64,000 bases of DNA from Candidatus Bathyarchaeota archaeon (GTDB lineage Archaea > Thermoproteota > Bathyarchaeia > Bathyarchaeales > Bathycorpusculaceae), in NCBI GenBank assembly GCA_963768425.1, contig CAVYHV010000017.1, positions 32,001 to 96,000 on the forward strand, in the 5' to 3' direction. The notes below the pieces were generated by a model. It did not search any database. It was not told the DNA's origin and saw only the letters and a list, made by a program, of their open reading frames with translations. A program made the position numbers and the translations under genes. Position 1 is the stretch's first letter. Every line of letters starts with the position of its first letter. Shown piece after piece: positions 18,839 through 31,259 of the stretch.

Positions 18839-19910
18839 TTGTTGGCAAGTCCAGACGTGAAAGCACGTACTTCCAAAAAGTACGTGCGTACCTTTATTTT
18901 TTCTATGCGCACTGGAACACCAATTGAGAAACTGCATGTAATAACCAAATTTTTCATGATTGCAGTCATGTCGGTTTTAACGCTTTACATGTTTGATATC
19001 CCTGTTTCACAGCGGCGGCCCAGACATCATTGGGCTTGATTCTTTTGCTTGTTCTTGTATTTTCTCTCTTGTTAATCTCGAGAACCGCCAAGTACCTGGT
19101 AAGCTCTTACTTGATACTTGGCGGTACCAGTTATTTTGGCCGAATTCTTCTGGTGGCTTTTCTTCAACGAGTCGCTGCCAGGACGCAAAAATGACGTTTT
19201 ATTTGTGGCCAGGGTTTTTGCCGATAGGCGTATCAACTTTGGTTCTTGTAGGCGTTTTCGCTTGGTTTACTATAGGACACGAAGCATATGGTTGTCACTT
19301 GTTCCTGCGTTGCTGCTATGGTGGTTCACTATAATGCCCAGCTGCACTTAGCTTCTCGTCAATGGCAACATGGGTAAGAATTCCCAATTGGCGCGAGCTT
19401 ACTCTTTTTCGCTGCCGCAGTGGTCACTAACGGTTGCGTTCGCAAAAGCCTTGGTTACGCAGTGTTAATTTACACGTCATTTCTTTTCCTTTTAACAACA
19501 AGAGACGTCGAAATCGCAGGAGCACTTAGGCAACTGAGGCTTTCGTTTAGAAAAGCATTCTTTGTATGCTTGATGTTCAGAAACCTAAACACGATACTGC
19601 TTGACTACCAAAACATCAAAATGGCTCAGACTGCACGCGCCTCAAGCGTGATTAGAAAAAGCATATTCTCCAAGATCATGGATCTTCGCTTACGTTTCTA
19701 TTCCGTTGGTGGCAACCATGATTAGACGGTCCACAGAGATGGGTGTGGCGCTTTACGCCAGAGGTTTTGAAGCGTCAAACAGAATGACAGATTACAAAGA
19801 GACAAAACAATTAAGCGTCGTCGACTTATACGATAATGGCGATTTTAGTCGCATTCTTAATATACGAGGTCATCCTTGGACACTCCATCACTGCCTTATT
19901 CATGAGGTAA
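18839..19910 (+). CDS. ECF transporter transmembrane T component; several frameshifts
   Basis: IEKLHVITKF, AQTARA and ALYARGF (two Ala-Arg motifs). Confidence 0.75.
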
Positions 19911-19916
19911 AAGTGC

Positions 19917-21764
19917 ATGTCGGTGTTGGAAGTCAACGATTTCTGGTGGAAATACCGATCCTACGTAGGCGTAGAAAACCCCTTCACACTCAAAGGATTT
20001 AACATTCAAAGTGGACAAGGGCGAATTCTTCGGAATAATCGGACCAAGCGGCGCAGGAAAAACCACCCTTTGCTATGCCTTGACAGGAATAATTCCTCAT
20101 GTTTTCACTGTTCCCCTATGGGAAAGAACGCGAGCACATTAAAGGCGAAATAAAACTTTTCGGGCAAACACTAACCAAAGTCGAAGCGGTAACAGACGAA
20201 AAAACAGGCAAAACAGCGGACAAAATCGTCGGCATGAAACAGACAGCGCCCCGAGTTGGATTGCTGCTGCAAGACCCAGAAAACCAGTTTCTCAGGATGG
20301 ATCTCCTGCATGAAATCAGCTTCGGAATGGAACTTCTGGGGCTTTCCTGAAAGCGAAATTGAGAGAAGAGCCAAAGAAGCTCTTGAAATAGTAGGGTTAG
20401 GTGACCTGTGGCCGATAGCTGACCTCGTTCACCCAAGCGAATTGTCAGGTGGGCAGAAACAGAGGGCAGCAATTGCTTCATTCATCGCCCTGCGACCAGA
20501 ACTGCTTGGTTTTGGATGAACCCATGTCTAACCTTGACCCCGAGGGAAAACTCAGCATAATTCAAGCTATCGACAACATCAGAAACGAATATGACATAAC
20601 AATAATTGTTGTTGAGCATAACCCCGAAGTAATGCAGAAATACGCTGACAAAGTGCTTGCCATAAACAACGGGCAAGACGATTGCCTACGGAACCACCGA
20701 AGAAGGTTTACTCCCAGAGCAAACTGTTTGAGGAAAACGGGCTTTACGCCTCAGACATAGCGAGAATCGGCTGGCAATCAGGCTTAACCTACAATGGAAG
20801 AGTTCCCTTCACCGTTGACGAAATGATGCAGGCAATGTGACAGCGAAAACAAGAACCATTCTTGGCAGACATTGAGATGACCAGACAGAAGAGAACGCGG
20901 AAGAAATAATAAGCGTCAAAGACCTTGACTTCTCGTACGAAGACGGAACCCAAGCGCTGAAAGGCGTAACATTCTCCATAAAAAAAGGCGAATACGTAGG
21001 GCTCATAGGGCAAAACGGCGCAGGCAAATCAACAATATCCAAAGTAATAAGCGGCTTATACCAGAAGTTCCAAGGTGAAGCAAAAGTCATGGGGTTGAAC
21101 TTGCGCGACAGAAAAGTCATCCAGAAAATCCCCTGTTATGTCGGCTACGTTTTTCAGAACCCCGATAACCAGATTTTCATGCGCAAAGTCTACGATGAAG
21201 TCGCTTACGGCTTAAAGAACCTCAAGGTTCCGCAGCAGGAAATCGACCAAAGAGTCAAAGAAGCCCTCAAAAGCGTTGGGCTTGCTGGCGAAGATCGATG
21301 AGGACCCGATGTTTTTGGGCAAAGGCGAAAAACGACGGTTAACCGTGGCATCCATTCTTGCGATGAACCCTAAAATCATGATTGTGGACGAACCCACGAC
21401 AGGTCAGGACTTCCGCATGTCCGAGGACATAATGGACTTGCTTGAAGAACTCAACAGGGCAGGCACAACGATTCTGGCGATAACCCATGACATGACGCTT
21501 GTTTCGGAACACACAAAACGAGTCATAGTCATGCATAACGGAGCAGTGCTCTACGACGGCTCCACAAGAGGATTCTTCGCAAACGAAGACTTGCTTGAAG
21601 AATCCGGGATAATACCGCCCATGGCAGTGAGACTCAGCCACGCCTACATGAAAAAACACCCATCTTCCCCATGCCTGATGAACACAAAAGAATGGATCAC
21701 AGCAGTTAGAAAAGTATGGATCTCAAATAATTCAGATTTCAATAGAACCACGTTTTTCAGATGA
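19917..21764 (+). CDS. ECF transporter fused double ATPase; several frameshifts
   Basis: Two Walker A ([16 protein letters not shown]), [28 protein letters not shown] and DEPTTGQD. Confidence 0.85.
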
Positions 21765-21898
21765 ACACACTAAACTGCGACGACCAATATGGTTTTTTTA
21801 CCTAAAATAGTAGTTTTTGTTTAGAGCTTTTAAAATTATATATAATGGTTGTTACAGTGTTGAGACAATAACATCGATTGTTTGGGGGAGAATAGGGT

Positions 21899-22329
21899 TT
21901 GGATGAAGTATTAGAGATGTTGGATAAGACCGCTAAGCGGATTCAGAAAGTTGTTGACGAAACTAAAGAGGCAACGTGGAAGCAGTCAGCCATCTACGAG
22001 CAGATTATGCAGGCGCCCGACGCTTCCGACGAGCAGAAAATAAAGGCGTTCATAAAGAAAACCCGTTACTTGGACCAGCTTGAAACCTTAAATTCACAGC
22101 TGAGCCTGCTGTACACGCTGCAGATTTTCGCGTTCAAAGTTAAGGTGCTTCAGGTTACGGTTGAAAAATGAATGAGCAACTAGTGAAGTCAGGTATTTTG
22201 CTTAAGACAGGCGAGTTGGATGAAGTGAAAAAGAACATTGACGCACTCAAAATTCTCATCGAAGCGCAATATGAGTCGATGAAGGAAATTCGGGAAACCA
22301 AAACCAAAGCATTAGACTACATAAAATAA
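21899..22329 (+). CDS. Coiled-coil hypothetical protein; frameshifted
   Basis: MDEVLEMLDKTAKRIQK...; continues in another frame (NEQLVKSG...LKILIEAQYESMKE). Confidence 0.6.
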
Positions 22330-22470
22330 ACAATATTTTTTCCATCCTTTCAAGCAGAGAAGGATTGTTGACTGAGCTATAGAGCCTGTACAATGCTAAT
22401 GTTAAAAATAATAAAAAGTGCAGCCTGGTGGTTTTTTCACCACTCATGCCTGCGATTGGTTTTGTTTGGC

Positions 22471-23394
22471 TTATTCTACGATCTTTTCCCAGCTTGTAAC
22501 TAAGTCAAGAACTTCTTGGCCTGCTTTGCCGCCGTAGCTCTTGAGGCGTTCGCGAGTGTCTTTTTGAGCTATTGCAGCTTTCTGGAACTCAACCATCTGT
22601 GCAGCTTTGTCTGTTAAGTACAGGATTCCGTCTACGCCTGCTCTTGCCATGCGCACTGAGACTGTTAAGAGTTCATTTGCAGTTGGTGTTTCTCTTGGGT
22701 CGTCGCCGGGGCCGATAACGTACAATGCAATGTTCAGTTTGACGTCTTTGAAGAGTTTCTTGAAGTTGCGTGTGAGCATTTCCCAATACCAAGGTGTAGC
22801 GTAGTTTTTGCTGAACATGACGACGAGAAATTCGTCGGTCAGCGGGGCTAAGTCATCAAAGTTAACGCCGAAGCGTTCATAGTTGGTAACTGGGTCTGGA
22901 AGGACACCGATGACAAATTTGCTTTTTGCTCTGTCACGTACACGTTCGCTTACCAGCGCCATGTAATCGGTGATTTCTTTTCTTCGCCATTCATACCAGC
23001 TTAAGCCGCTTTTCTTGTGGAGTTCTTGGCAGCGTGGGCATATGCAGTGTCCGTGCTCTGCGAAGTGGATGCTGTTTAGCCATATTCCTGGGCTTTTGCG
23101 TGCAACGTCTTCGATGTAGTCAAGTTGTTCTGCGCGGTGCTCAGGCTGTGTTGCGCATAAAACGTCCCATCTGACGTTGAAGTTGTCGTTGGTTCTCCAT
23201 GCTGGACCTAGCGCTGACTGAGAAATCCAGTCTGGGTGGTTGCGAGCTGTAACGTTGTCTCCGAAAATCGCGATGTTGCTGTGCATGTCGGGTTTTGGCG
23301 GTAATCGTCTGCCTACTTCTGGTTTAACTCGGAAAAGGTCATAGTCGAAGCCTTCAACTTTCTTTGCTTCAAACATGTATGTGCCGAATTTCAT
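22471..23394 (-). CDS. TIM-barrel protein resembling the GHL10/DUF187 glycoside-hydrolase-like family
   Basis: HPDWI, LCATQPE, CICPRC and WYEWRRKEITDYM pattern; no signal peptide. Confidence 0.55.
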   Translation of the reverse strand: MKFGTYMFEAKKVEGFDYDLFRVKPEVGRRLPPKPDMHSNIAIFGDNVTARNHPDWISQSALGPAWRTNDNFNVRWDVLCATQPEHRAEQLDYIEDVARKSPGIWLNSIHFAEHGHCICPRCQELHKKSGLSWYEWRRKEITDYMALVSERVRDRAKSKFVIGVLPDPVTNYERFGVNFDDLAPLTDEFLVVMFSKNYATPWYWEMLTRNFKKLFKDVKLNIALYVIGPGDDPRETPTANELLTVSVRMARAGVDGILYLTDKAAQMVEFQKAAIAQKDTRERLKSYGGKAGQEVLDLVTSWEKIVE

Positions 23395-23561
23395 CTTGAT
23401 TCTACCTTTTTAGAATCCAAAACGTTTGGCAATGTTATAAAGTTTTGCTAAATTAGCGCAGAATAGATTGCGAAAGAACAAAATCCTGCATAAAGATTGT
23501 TTAATATCACAAAGAACCTCATCTAAACCTTCCGTCGGCTCAGCCAGCCGAATAGTCTGCG

Positions 23562-23992
23562 TTAAGTGATGGGCCCAGAAGGGTACCGTCCGATGGCTTC
23601 AAGTATTTCTTCCGCCGTTGTTTTTTTGCCGACGTTCCGCACCAAATCCGTGGCGACAAGTATCCCCACCAGCTTGTTTTGCTTCAGAACTGGGAGCCGT
23701 CTGATTTTGTGGCTTGACATCAACCGCGCTGCATCCTTGATTGAGGCGTCAGGGTCAACCGTGACGAGGTTGTAGACATTATTTCAGATACTTTGACGTC
23801 TAAAGAAGCACGTTTCGCCACGATTCGCCTCACGAAATCCCGTTCCGTGACAATCCCAATGGGAGCAGCCTTTTCTGTGACCACAAGGCAGCCTACGCCT
23901 GTTTCAGACATGAGTTCAGCTGCTTCAAAAACGGTTTGATTAGCATCGATGGTGACCACTTTTTTGGTCATGATGTCCTTAACCGCTGGCAT
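23562..23992 (-). CDS. CBS-pair protein; frameshift ~23770
   Basis: VKDIMTKKVVTID, GIVTERDF and IRRLPV..LVGILVATD. Confidence 0.85.
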
Positions 23993-24071
23993 AAAGCATC
24001 AAATATGAAATTGGGTTCTTTCCCGATAAAAGCGTTGTCATGGAACAATTTGGCGATAAAGCAGTTCTTGC

Positions 24072-25753
24072 TTATTCTTTGCCTTTTGCTTCTGCCTTCT
24101 GCCCGTGAACGTATGTTGAGCCTCTCAGAACAGAGCAAACTGCTGCTATAATGCACATTACCGCGCCGATGATGAACGCTTCTCTTAGCGCAGTCATGAA
24201 CGGTGACGAAATAGCAGTTGGGAAAAAGCTTGATCCCGTAAGATACTTAGTCGTAGCCTGAGGTATCGAATTTGCCAGTGACGCAGGAAGAGTATGAAGC
24301 AGAGTAGCAACGGGGTTGTAGCCTAGAAATGAAGCGAAGAGGGCTCCAGAAGCGGGGGTAGCACTCAAAGCAGACGCAAGCTGAGGCGCCCCGGCATTTG
24401 TAACAGCAGACGAGAGGGCACCTGGCAAAGTCGCGCTCAACGACACTATGATTATGGTGAAGAAGACAGCTTGGCTTATCGTGCTTGCACTGTTCTGAAT
24501 CGTCGCACGCATCCCTGACGCGGCGCCTCTATGCTCTGCAGGAACGGAGTTCATTATTGAAGCCATGTTTGGGGAAGCGAAGATGCCGCCACCAATGCCC
24601 ATTATGAAAAGTACAGCTCCAAAGGTGATGTAGATGAAATTGACTGGTAGCAACACAAAGCCTACGAAGGCGGCGGCGGAAATCACCATGCCCAAAGTGG
24701 CAAGTAACCTTGCCCCATGTTTGTCTGATAACCAGCCGCTGATTGGCCCAGTCAAAACAAACCCGATAGACATAGGAATCATAAATATTCCAGCCCAAAA
24801 CGGCGTTGAATCAAAACTGTACCCATGCAGAGGAAGCCAAATTCCCTGAAGCAAAATGATAAGCATAATCAGCACTCCGCCTCTTGACATGGAGCTGAAA
24901 AGCGAAGCAAGATTGCCAGCGCTAAAAGCCCTAATCTTAAACAAGTCAAGCCTAAACATCGGCTCAGCAACTCGGCTTTCAATAAATGGAAACGCAACAA
25001 GAAGACCTGTCCCGGCTGACAAGGGAAGCAATAACCCATGGGTTACCCCAGCCCATAACCGAGTTCCCGTACGGAATCAAACCGTAGATGACACCTGCCA
25101 AAATTAATGTTAAGCCTCCACCAAAAGCCAAGTTTCCCCAGATGTCCAATTTCTGATTCTTTCTAATTGTGCCTTGCTCCTTTAGCTTCAAATACGACCA
25201 GACTGTACCTACCACACCAACTGGCACGCTTACCAAGAACACGAGCCTCCAATCGTAAACCGCCAAAATTCCTCCCAAAACCAAACCAATTAGGGAGCCA
25301 GCAAGGAAAGATATCTGGTTTATTCCAAGGGCTTTTCCGCGTTCGTTACTTGGAAACGCATCAGTTATTATTGCAGCGCTGTTTGCGAAATAGGAATGCG
25401 CCGCCGATGCCTTGGACTATTCTGAAGACTATTAGCTCGATTGCGCCTGCGTCGCCTTGATTTGGGGTGATTGAAAGCAGTATCGAGCCCACCGTGAAAA
25501 TAGCAAACCCGAGGTTGTAGAGCTTTACCCGCCCGAACATGTCTGAGAGTCTGCCGAAGGTGACAAGCAACGTGGCGGTTACGATGCTGTAGCCGAAAAG
25601 TATCCACAGCATGTACTGGAAGGATGAAAAAGGGTTGATGTTGATTCCGCGGAAGATAGCTGGAAGAGCAATCAGAACGATGGTGGCGTCTATTGAAGCC
25701 ATCAGAGTGCCGAGCGTCGTGTTTGAAAGTGCAACCCATTTATAGTCAACCAT
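24072..25753 (-). CDS. MFS drug:H+ antiporter (DHA2, 14-TMS type); frameshifted
   Basis: [40 protein letters not shown] and GWLSDKHG motifs over three ORFs. Confidence 0.85.
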
Positions 25754-26131
25754 AATTAGCGACCTCGACAGTTAATCAGTTTTATTCAGCAAATTCTGGA
25801 TATGTTTTAATCGCATAGGTTTCAATAGAATATAAATATTGTTTTGATGATGTGCCCATTTATCTTTTCAACGCCATGATTCTCGAATTGATCGGAACTT
25901 ACCTGGGTTGGCGACTAGAAATCTTCGCTTTGCCATCTGTGCTGGAAATCCCAGTTTTGACTGTGCTGACGCATGTGGCGACGTGTTTGATTCTTTATCT
26001 GCGGTTGAAAATAAGGTATGTGAAAAGAATAATCGGGTAGCCCCCTGTCCATGTCGACTAACTGTGGAAAAGCATTTAACTTCTTAACTCAACATCATGT
26101 AGAAGCAGTCGAGGAAGAGAGGGAGAACAAA

Positions 26132-26544
26132 GTGCCGATAAAGTATTTTGAGGCGCCAGAAATCAAAAAGCAAGTTGACCAGCTAGCTGAAGAATGCGAG
26201 TTTTTCCACGTTGTGCCCCAATACGTTTTCTGCTTTCGAAGCAGAGGCTCCAAAGCCAGACGCACAATCGCACGCATCCATGGCATAGGCAAAATTTGGC
26301 AAGAAGTCCTAAACCTGCCGCCGTCCTACACGATCGAGGTAATTTCGGAAATCTACGATAAGAATGTCGCCGAAGAAAAAGAAAAAACGCTCATCCATGA
26401 GTTGATGCATATTCCAGGCGGGTTTTCAGCGGCGGTTTTCGACCCCACAAAGGGTATGTTGAACGAAGAAACGTGGAAGCCGTTTACCAGAAATTGCAGA
26501 ATAATCGGGCTGCTAAAAAGCAGAAAACCCTGTTTTTCGGGTAA
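26132..26544 (+). CDS. Putative metallopeptidase (HExxH); frameshift near C-terminus
   Basis: RSRGSKARRTIARIHG, IEVISE and LIHELMHIP; shifted frame gives GGFRPHKGYV. Confidence 0.75.
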
Positions 26545-26704
26545 GATCCCAGAAAACTTCACGGTTTTAGCATTATCTTTTTAAGCTTCGGAGGCTGGGT
26601 TATGGAAAGTTGCAGCTTCAGCAGCCTAAAGCTGTAAAGTTAATTAGTTTGGGAAACGGTTTAAAGTAAAAAGTCATTTACCGAAGAGAAATTGAGGTTT
26701 AGAA

Positions 26705-28372
26705 ATGCGACACGTTATGAAAAGTCTGAAACATAACGGCATATTCGTTCCAGCTTACGATTACAAAGGCTTCAGCGTCAAAATCAAGGGTCAAACCATA
26801 AAGCTGACGCCTAAAACTGAGCAGATGGCGGTTGCATGGGCTAAGAAAAAGCCTATCAACCGTGTCCCCGCCAGACAAAGTTTTCAAACACAACTTCATG
26901 AGGGAATTCCTCAACCAACTGAAACAGGAAAACCCCTCCGCAATGCTTCCTAGACTCATTCATCCCAAGCTACCTTGCACAACATCGAGCATCTTTCTGA
27001 AACCCAAAGCAGCGTCGATTGCAAAGCCGACGAAATCGATTTCAGCCAAGTCTGCACCTTCATCGAAACAGAAAAAGCAAAAAAAGAAGCCTTAACCAAA
27101 GAAATCAAAAAGCAGCAAGCTGAAGAACGCAAAAGTCAAAAGGTTGGAATTCAAAGAAAAATTCGGATACGCAGAAGTTGATGGGCAGCGGCTTGAGATT
27201 GCCAACTGGACTGCTGAGCCATCTTGTCTTTTTGCAGGGCGCGGTGACCATCCGCAACGTGGAAAATGGAAGGACGGCCCAAGCCGAAGGAGACATCGTT
27301 TTGAATTTGCCGCCTGATGTGCCTGTTCCGGCGGGCAACTGGAAAGGCGTGGTTTGGGAACCCGAAAAGATGTACGTTGCAAAATGGGAAGACAAGCTTA
27401 CAGGCAAAATCAAGTACGTCTGGTTCAGCGACACCGCGTTTCTTAAGCAGAACCGCGAGAAAGAAAAATTCCAGAAAGCCGAGAACTTTGGGCAAACAAA
27501 TCAAAACTATCGAGCAGCATATTCAGAGGAATTTGGATTCCAAAGATGAAGACAGACGCAAAGTCGCAACTGTCGCTTGGCTCATTTTTGCCGTTAACAT
27601 GAGGGTTGGCGACGAAAAAGACCCTGATGAAGCAGACACCGTCGGCGCAATTACTCTTCGGGCGGAACACGTGAAAATTGATGGAAACCAACTGAACTTC
27701 CATTTTCTGGGCAAAGACAGCGTTGAATGGGACAAAACCCTTGCAGCTCCGCCAGAAGTAATTCGGAACATTCAAAATTACATGAAAACAAGCAAGGAAT
27801 ACCTTTTCGAAGGCGTCGACTCCAAAAAAGTCGCCCGATTCCTCTCTGAGAAAATGCCCAAACTCTCAGCAAAAGTGTTCCGTACCTGGAAATGCACCAC
27901 AACACTTGAAGCCTCACTCAAAGACGCATTGGACAAGAAGGAAGTAACCAAGGAATCGCCAGACTACAAAAAAACCTACTACGCAAAAATGGCAAACTAC
28001 GAAGTAGCAGTGGTGGCAAACCACAAGAAAAAGGTGCCGCCGACCTTTGACCAGCGACTGGAGAAGAAAGAAGACAACCTCAAATCGCTCCAAACACAAC
28101 TCGTAGCGAAGAAGGCAGCAGGCAAAAAAACCGAGTCGCTGGAAGCAAGAATCGACAAAGCCAAACTTGACTTGGAATTAACAAAGTTGACCCGAGAATA
28201 CAATTTGGGCACCTCACTGAAATCGTACATTGACCCGACGGCTTACGTGAAATGGGCAAAAAAAGTCAAGTTCGACATCGAAAAATTCTACCCCAAAACC
28301 CTACGCAACAAGTTCAACTGGGCACTACAGAGCAAAACGCAAGAGCAGCCATGCGAGTGCATAACTGCATGA
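26705..28372 (+). CDS. DNA topoisomerase IB (eukaryote-like); several frameshifts
   Basis: LKHNG, FAGRGDHP.RGKWK, KYVW, MRVGDEKD..EADTVG, FLGKDS, KVFRT, ANHKK and GTSLKSYIDP (catalytic Tyr). Confidence 0.92.
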
Positions 28373-28833
28373 GCATCAAAGAAACCAAAAACGGCACAAT
28401 CATCACCATTTTTGTGAAACCCAACTCCCCAAAATTCACCGTTGAAGTTGACGGGAACGAAATCATTGTCCACAGCACAGAAGAACCCGTCAAAGGCAAG
28501 GTAAACAAGGAAATTTTGAAAGAATTTTCAAAACTTTTACATGCCAAAGTGGAACTTTCCTCAGGCGCAACATCAAGGCAGAAGCAACTCTTCGTTCAGG
28601 GTTTGACAACAGATCAAGTCGCGCAGACTCCTGAACTGTTGATGTGTACAACTGGATATATTACGAGATTCGAAATATGCCTTTTAAAGCAAAAGCGCTT
28701 AACCTGTTACAATAAAGTTGAGCTTCGAAGAGGGAGGGGCAAACACCCTCACCTTACCCCAAAACCCAATTATTTTGTCAACAGCAATTTTTTGTGGCTT
28801 TGCCAAATAAAATTTCTAGCAAGAGCCGTCTAA
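28369..28833 (+). CDS. DUF167/YggU (UPF0235) protein; true end probably ~28645
   Basis: IFVKPNS, EPVKGKVNKEI and SGATSRQK motifs; ATG overlaps the topo IB stop. Confidence 0.8.
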   Translation: MSIKETKNGTIITIFVKPNSPKFTVEVDGNEIIVHSTEEPVKGKVNKEILKEFSKLLHAKVELSSGATSRQKQLFVQGLTTDQVAQTPELLMCTTGYITRFEICLLKQKRLTCYNKVELRRGRGKHPHLTPKPNYFVNSNFLWLCQIKFLARAV

Positions 28834-29007
28834 GTTGTTCTGTGCCGAAACAAGATTTATGCTTTTTCGTTCTGCAACGGAACAAGTTAAGCGGGACGCA
28901 AAGCTAAGAAATCTTAGCAGAACCGCAACGTGCTTAGTATTTTTGGAATATGAATTATCATTTCATAAAGCGTTTATTTGTTTTTGTTGAATCTAATGTC
29001 GAAGTGT

Positions 29008-29604
29008 ATGGTTAATAAGAGAAAACTATTCAAAATGCTCTGTTCCTTAGGCGTTAAAGGAATCCTTTGCCTAATCTGCCTGGCAGCAGTAGGCTTTGCT
29101 CTGGTTACATACACTAATTCAGTGACGATTTCTCCAACAATACAGCTCAGCGTCGGACAGACAACCGCCTCATGGACAATCTATGTGAATGAAGTGGACC
29201 AGGTAAGGTACATGCCCGGCGACTTTTCACAGCCCACGTTAAACACAGCGGACTCAACCACCTATTCTTTCAAAGTCACAACCGATGCATACAAGGTATG
29301 CGCCGTAAAAGTTGAGCTTACAACGACTATGGATCCCGACCTTTTCTCCAATTTTCAAATAACCGTGTTGTCCTCAACAGGTGGAGCATGGGGAGCCGAG
29401 ACTCTTTACTCAGCCCCAACAGGAGGAACAACAAAGGATTATGTTAACGGGTTAACTCCAGGGGACGCAGCCTACATTCATCAAGGCCTATCAACCGTAA
29501 ATTACTACCTAATCCAAGTAACCTACTCTTACGACCTCGCTAGCCAAAACACTCAGATACCTATAACTTTCCAGTACACGCCGCTACCGCAGAGTGGTTT
29601 CTAA
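29008..29604 (+). CDS. Secreted / membrane-anchored beta-rich hypothetical protein
   Basis: N-terminal hydrophobic segment, Thr/Ser/Tyr-rich body. Confidence 0.65.
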   Translation: MVNKRKLFKMLCSLGVKGILCLICLAAVGFALVTYTNSVTISPTIQLSVGQTTASWTIYVNEVDQVRYMPGDFSQPTLNTADSTTYSFKVTTDAYKVCAVKVELTTTMDPDLFSNFQITVLSSTGGAWGAETLYSAPTGGTTKDYVNGLTPGDAAYIHQGLSTVNYYLIQVTYSYDLASQNTQIPITFQYTPLPQSGF

Positions 29605-29905
29605 AATCAATCAGGATGCGATTTTGAACGGAAAAAATAAATGAGTATACCGCGGCGAAACTGATTCTGGGAGTTACAGCAATAGTCATCGGTTTTCCAG
29701 CTTTTGCTTTCGCCTTGTTCGGTTGGTCTCAATCGGCACAATCGGTTTTAGGACTTTATTCCCGGTACATTTGTGTGTTTGGAAGTTTAGGCGCCATCAC
29801 AATCGGTTCTTCTTTGGCACGAGAAGGCTTTAGAACACGAAAAACTCAATCGCCGCTCAAACTTCAAACCCAGCCTACTTGAAAGATAACCCGCAGATTT
29901 TCCGC

Positions 29906-31174
29906 CTAAGATTGCTGCTTAAATCTCAGCATTGCAGCGATACCGCCGAACGCGTTCTTGAGCATCTGCCCCTCTTCGGTTTCAGTTGAAACAACCTCCA
30001 CGTCCGTGTTAGAAAGTTCAGCCAGCTCGCCTAAGTCGTCAATGACATCTTTCTTTTCCAAAATAGTCATAGATGGCGCACTGCATTTTGCGCAAGGTTT
30101 GCCAACGAGACCCTGCTCGAAAGCCTGCAGTTCCTGAGCCTTCACGGTGTGTTGTTCCTCGTAGCCGCATGCGCTGCATTTCACAGTGACGCGAATCAGA
30201 TCCAAGCTTTCAGACATGATTAGCAAACGGACTGCTCCTCCCTGAAGAAGTCGCCGGACTTCTGCTTCGCCGTAAGTTATCATTCCCGTGTCGTGGCCGA
30301 CTTCGTAGAGGAATTTCTGCATGATTTGTTTCTCTTCGATGTAGCGGACTTTCTTCATGATTTCAGGCGCTTTATCCATAACTTCCTTAACGCCCTGCTC
30401 TTCCACATAAGCCGTGTCAACAACGTCGAGAATCTTGTCTTTTAACTGGTAGTTCAGGTAGCCGCCTTTCTCAAAATCGTACTTCGTCGGACCTGGACCG
30501 CCAAGAATAATTCCTTTCAAAGTATCAATCGGCAGGAAAGTTTCGTTCGCATGCGCGCCGACACGGGTAAAATACTCATTCAACTGCATATCCCGCAGAC
30601 GTTCATATCGCCTAGCTGACTGCCCGCCTGCCTTAGTTTTGCCTGTGACACCTGAATGCATTTGACGCACAATATCGAGCCGTTTCCCCTGCAATGTTGC
30701 GATCGTGGCGTTGTTGGCGTCTACTAGCAGGATGCCATAAGTTTCTTTTTCCCGCAGCATTTCCTGCAGGTGTTCAGTGTGAAATCGTGAGTCGCAGCGG
30801 TAAAGGAAAATCCTGATAGGTTCAGGAGGAACGATAACGTATGCTTCCATGCGTTCGGTGCCCGGTCCTCCCCCTTCTGGCAGAAGTGCCCCTGTGAAAA
30901 TCACTATGCCTCTTTCACCTGGGTCTTTGAAGAGTTTAAGTTTTTGCTGGGCTTTAGTAATGGCGTCCAGCACGTTTTTGCGTGTAACGTTTGATTTTAT
31001 GTTACTGGCTGTCCCGTATTCGTTGCGTAGCAGGTTTAATGCGTCGCTGATTTGTTTGCCTGGAGGAACGTAAACGGTGATGAGTTCAGTGTGGCTGCCT
31101 TCTTTGCTCGCTAAGGAATTGATCATCTTTCGCAAACGGAACAGTTCAAGGGACGATTTTTTAGCTGTACTCAA
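29906..31174 (-). CDS. prf1: Peptide chain release factor aRF1
   Basis: TASNIKS, YRCDSRF and GGQSARR motifs; C-terminal Zn ribbon. Confidence 0.97.
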   Translation of the reverse strand: MSTAKKSSLELFRLRKMINSLASKEGSHTELITVYVPPGKQISDALNLLRNEYGTASNIKSNVTRKNVLDAITKAQQKLKLFKDPGERGIVIFTGALLPEGGGPGTERMEAYVIVPPEPIRIFLYRCDSRFHTEHLQEMLREKETYGILLVDANNATIATLQGKRLDIVRQMHSGVTGKTKAGGQSARRYERLRDMQLNEYFTRVGAHANETFLPIDTLKGIILGGPGPTKYDFEKGGYLNYQLKDKILDVVDTAYVEEQGVKEVMDKAPEIMKKVRYIEEKQIMQKFLYEVGHDTGMITYGEAEVRRLLQGGAVRLLIMSESLDLIRVTVKCSACGYEEQHTVKAQELQAFEQGLVGKPCAKCSAPSMTILEKKDVIDDLGELAELSNTDVEVVSTETEEGQMLKNAFGGIAAMLRFKQQS

Positions 31175-31259
31175 ACAACTTCACTAAATTATGCTTGTAA
31201 TCAGGAACAATTAACGTTAAAAGGAATCAAATAAAAGTTCCGACTCAAAAAACGGAACG

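Noticed and set aside
17500-27500. Dense frameshifts suggesting mass pseudogenisation or programmed frameshifting (also in carB, thrC, yyaL and the PQQ genes)
   Set aside because: Single-base indels, often in homopolymers, in conserved genes whose motifs are otherwise intact; best explained by long-read consensus error. Read polishing would settle it.
28358-28372. Topo IB C-terminus CITA as a CaaX prenylation motif
   Set aside because: A four-residue match constrained by overlap with the next gene; no supporting evidence
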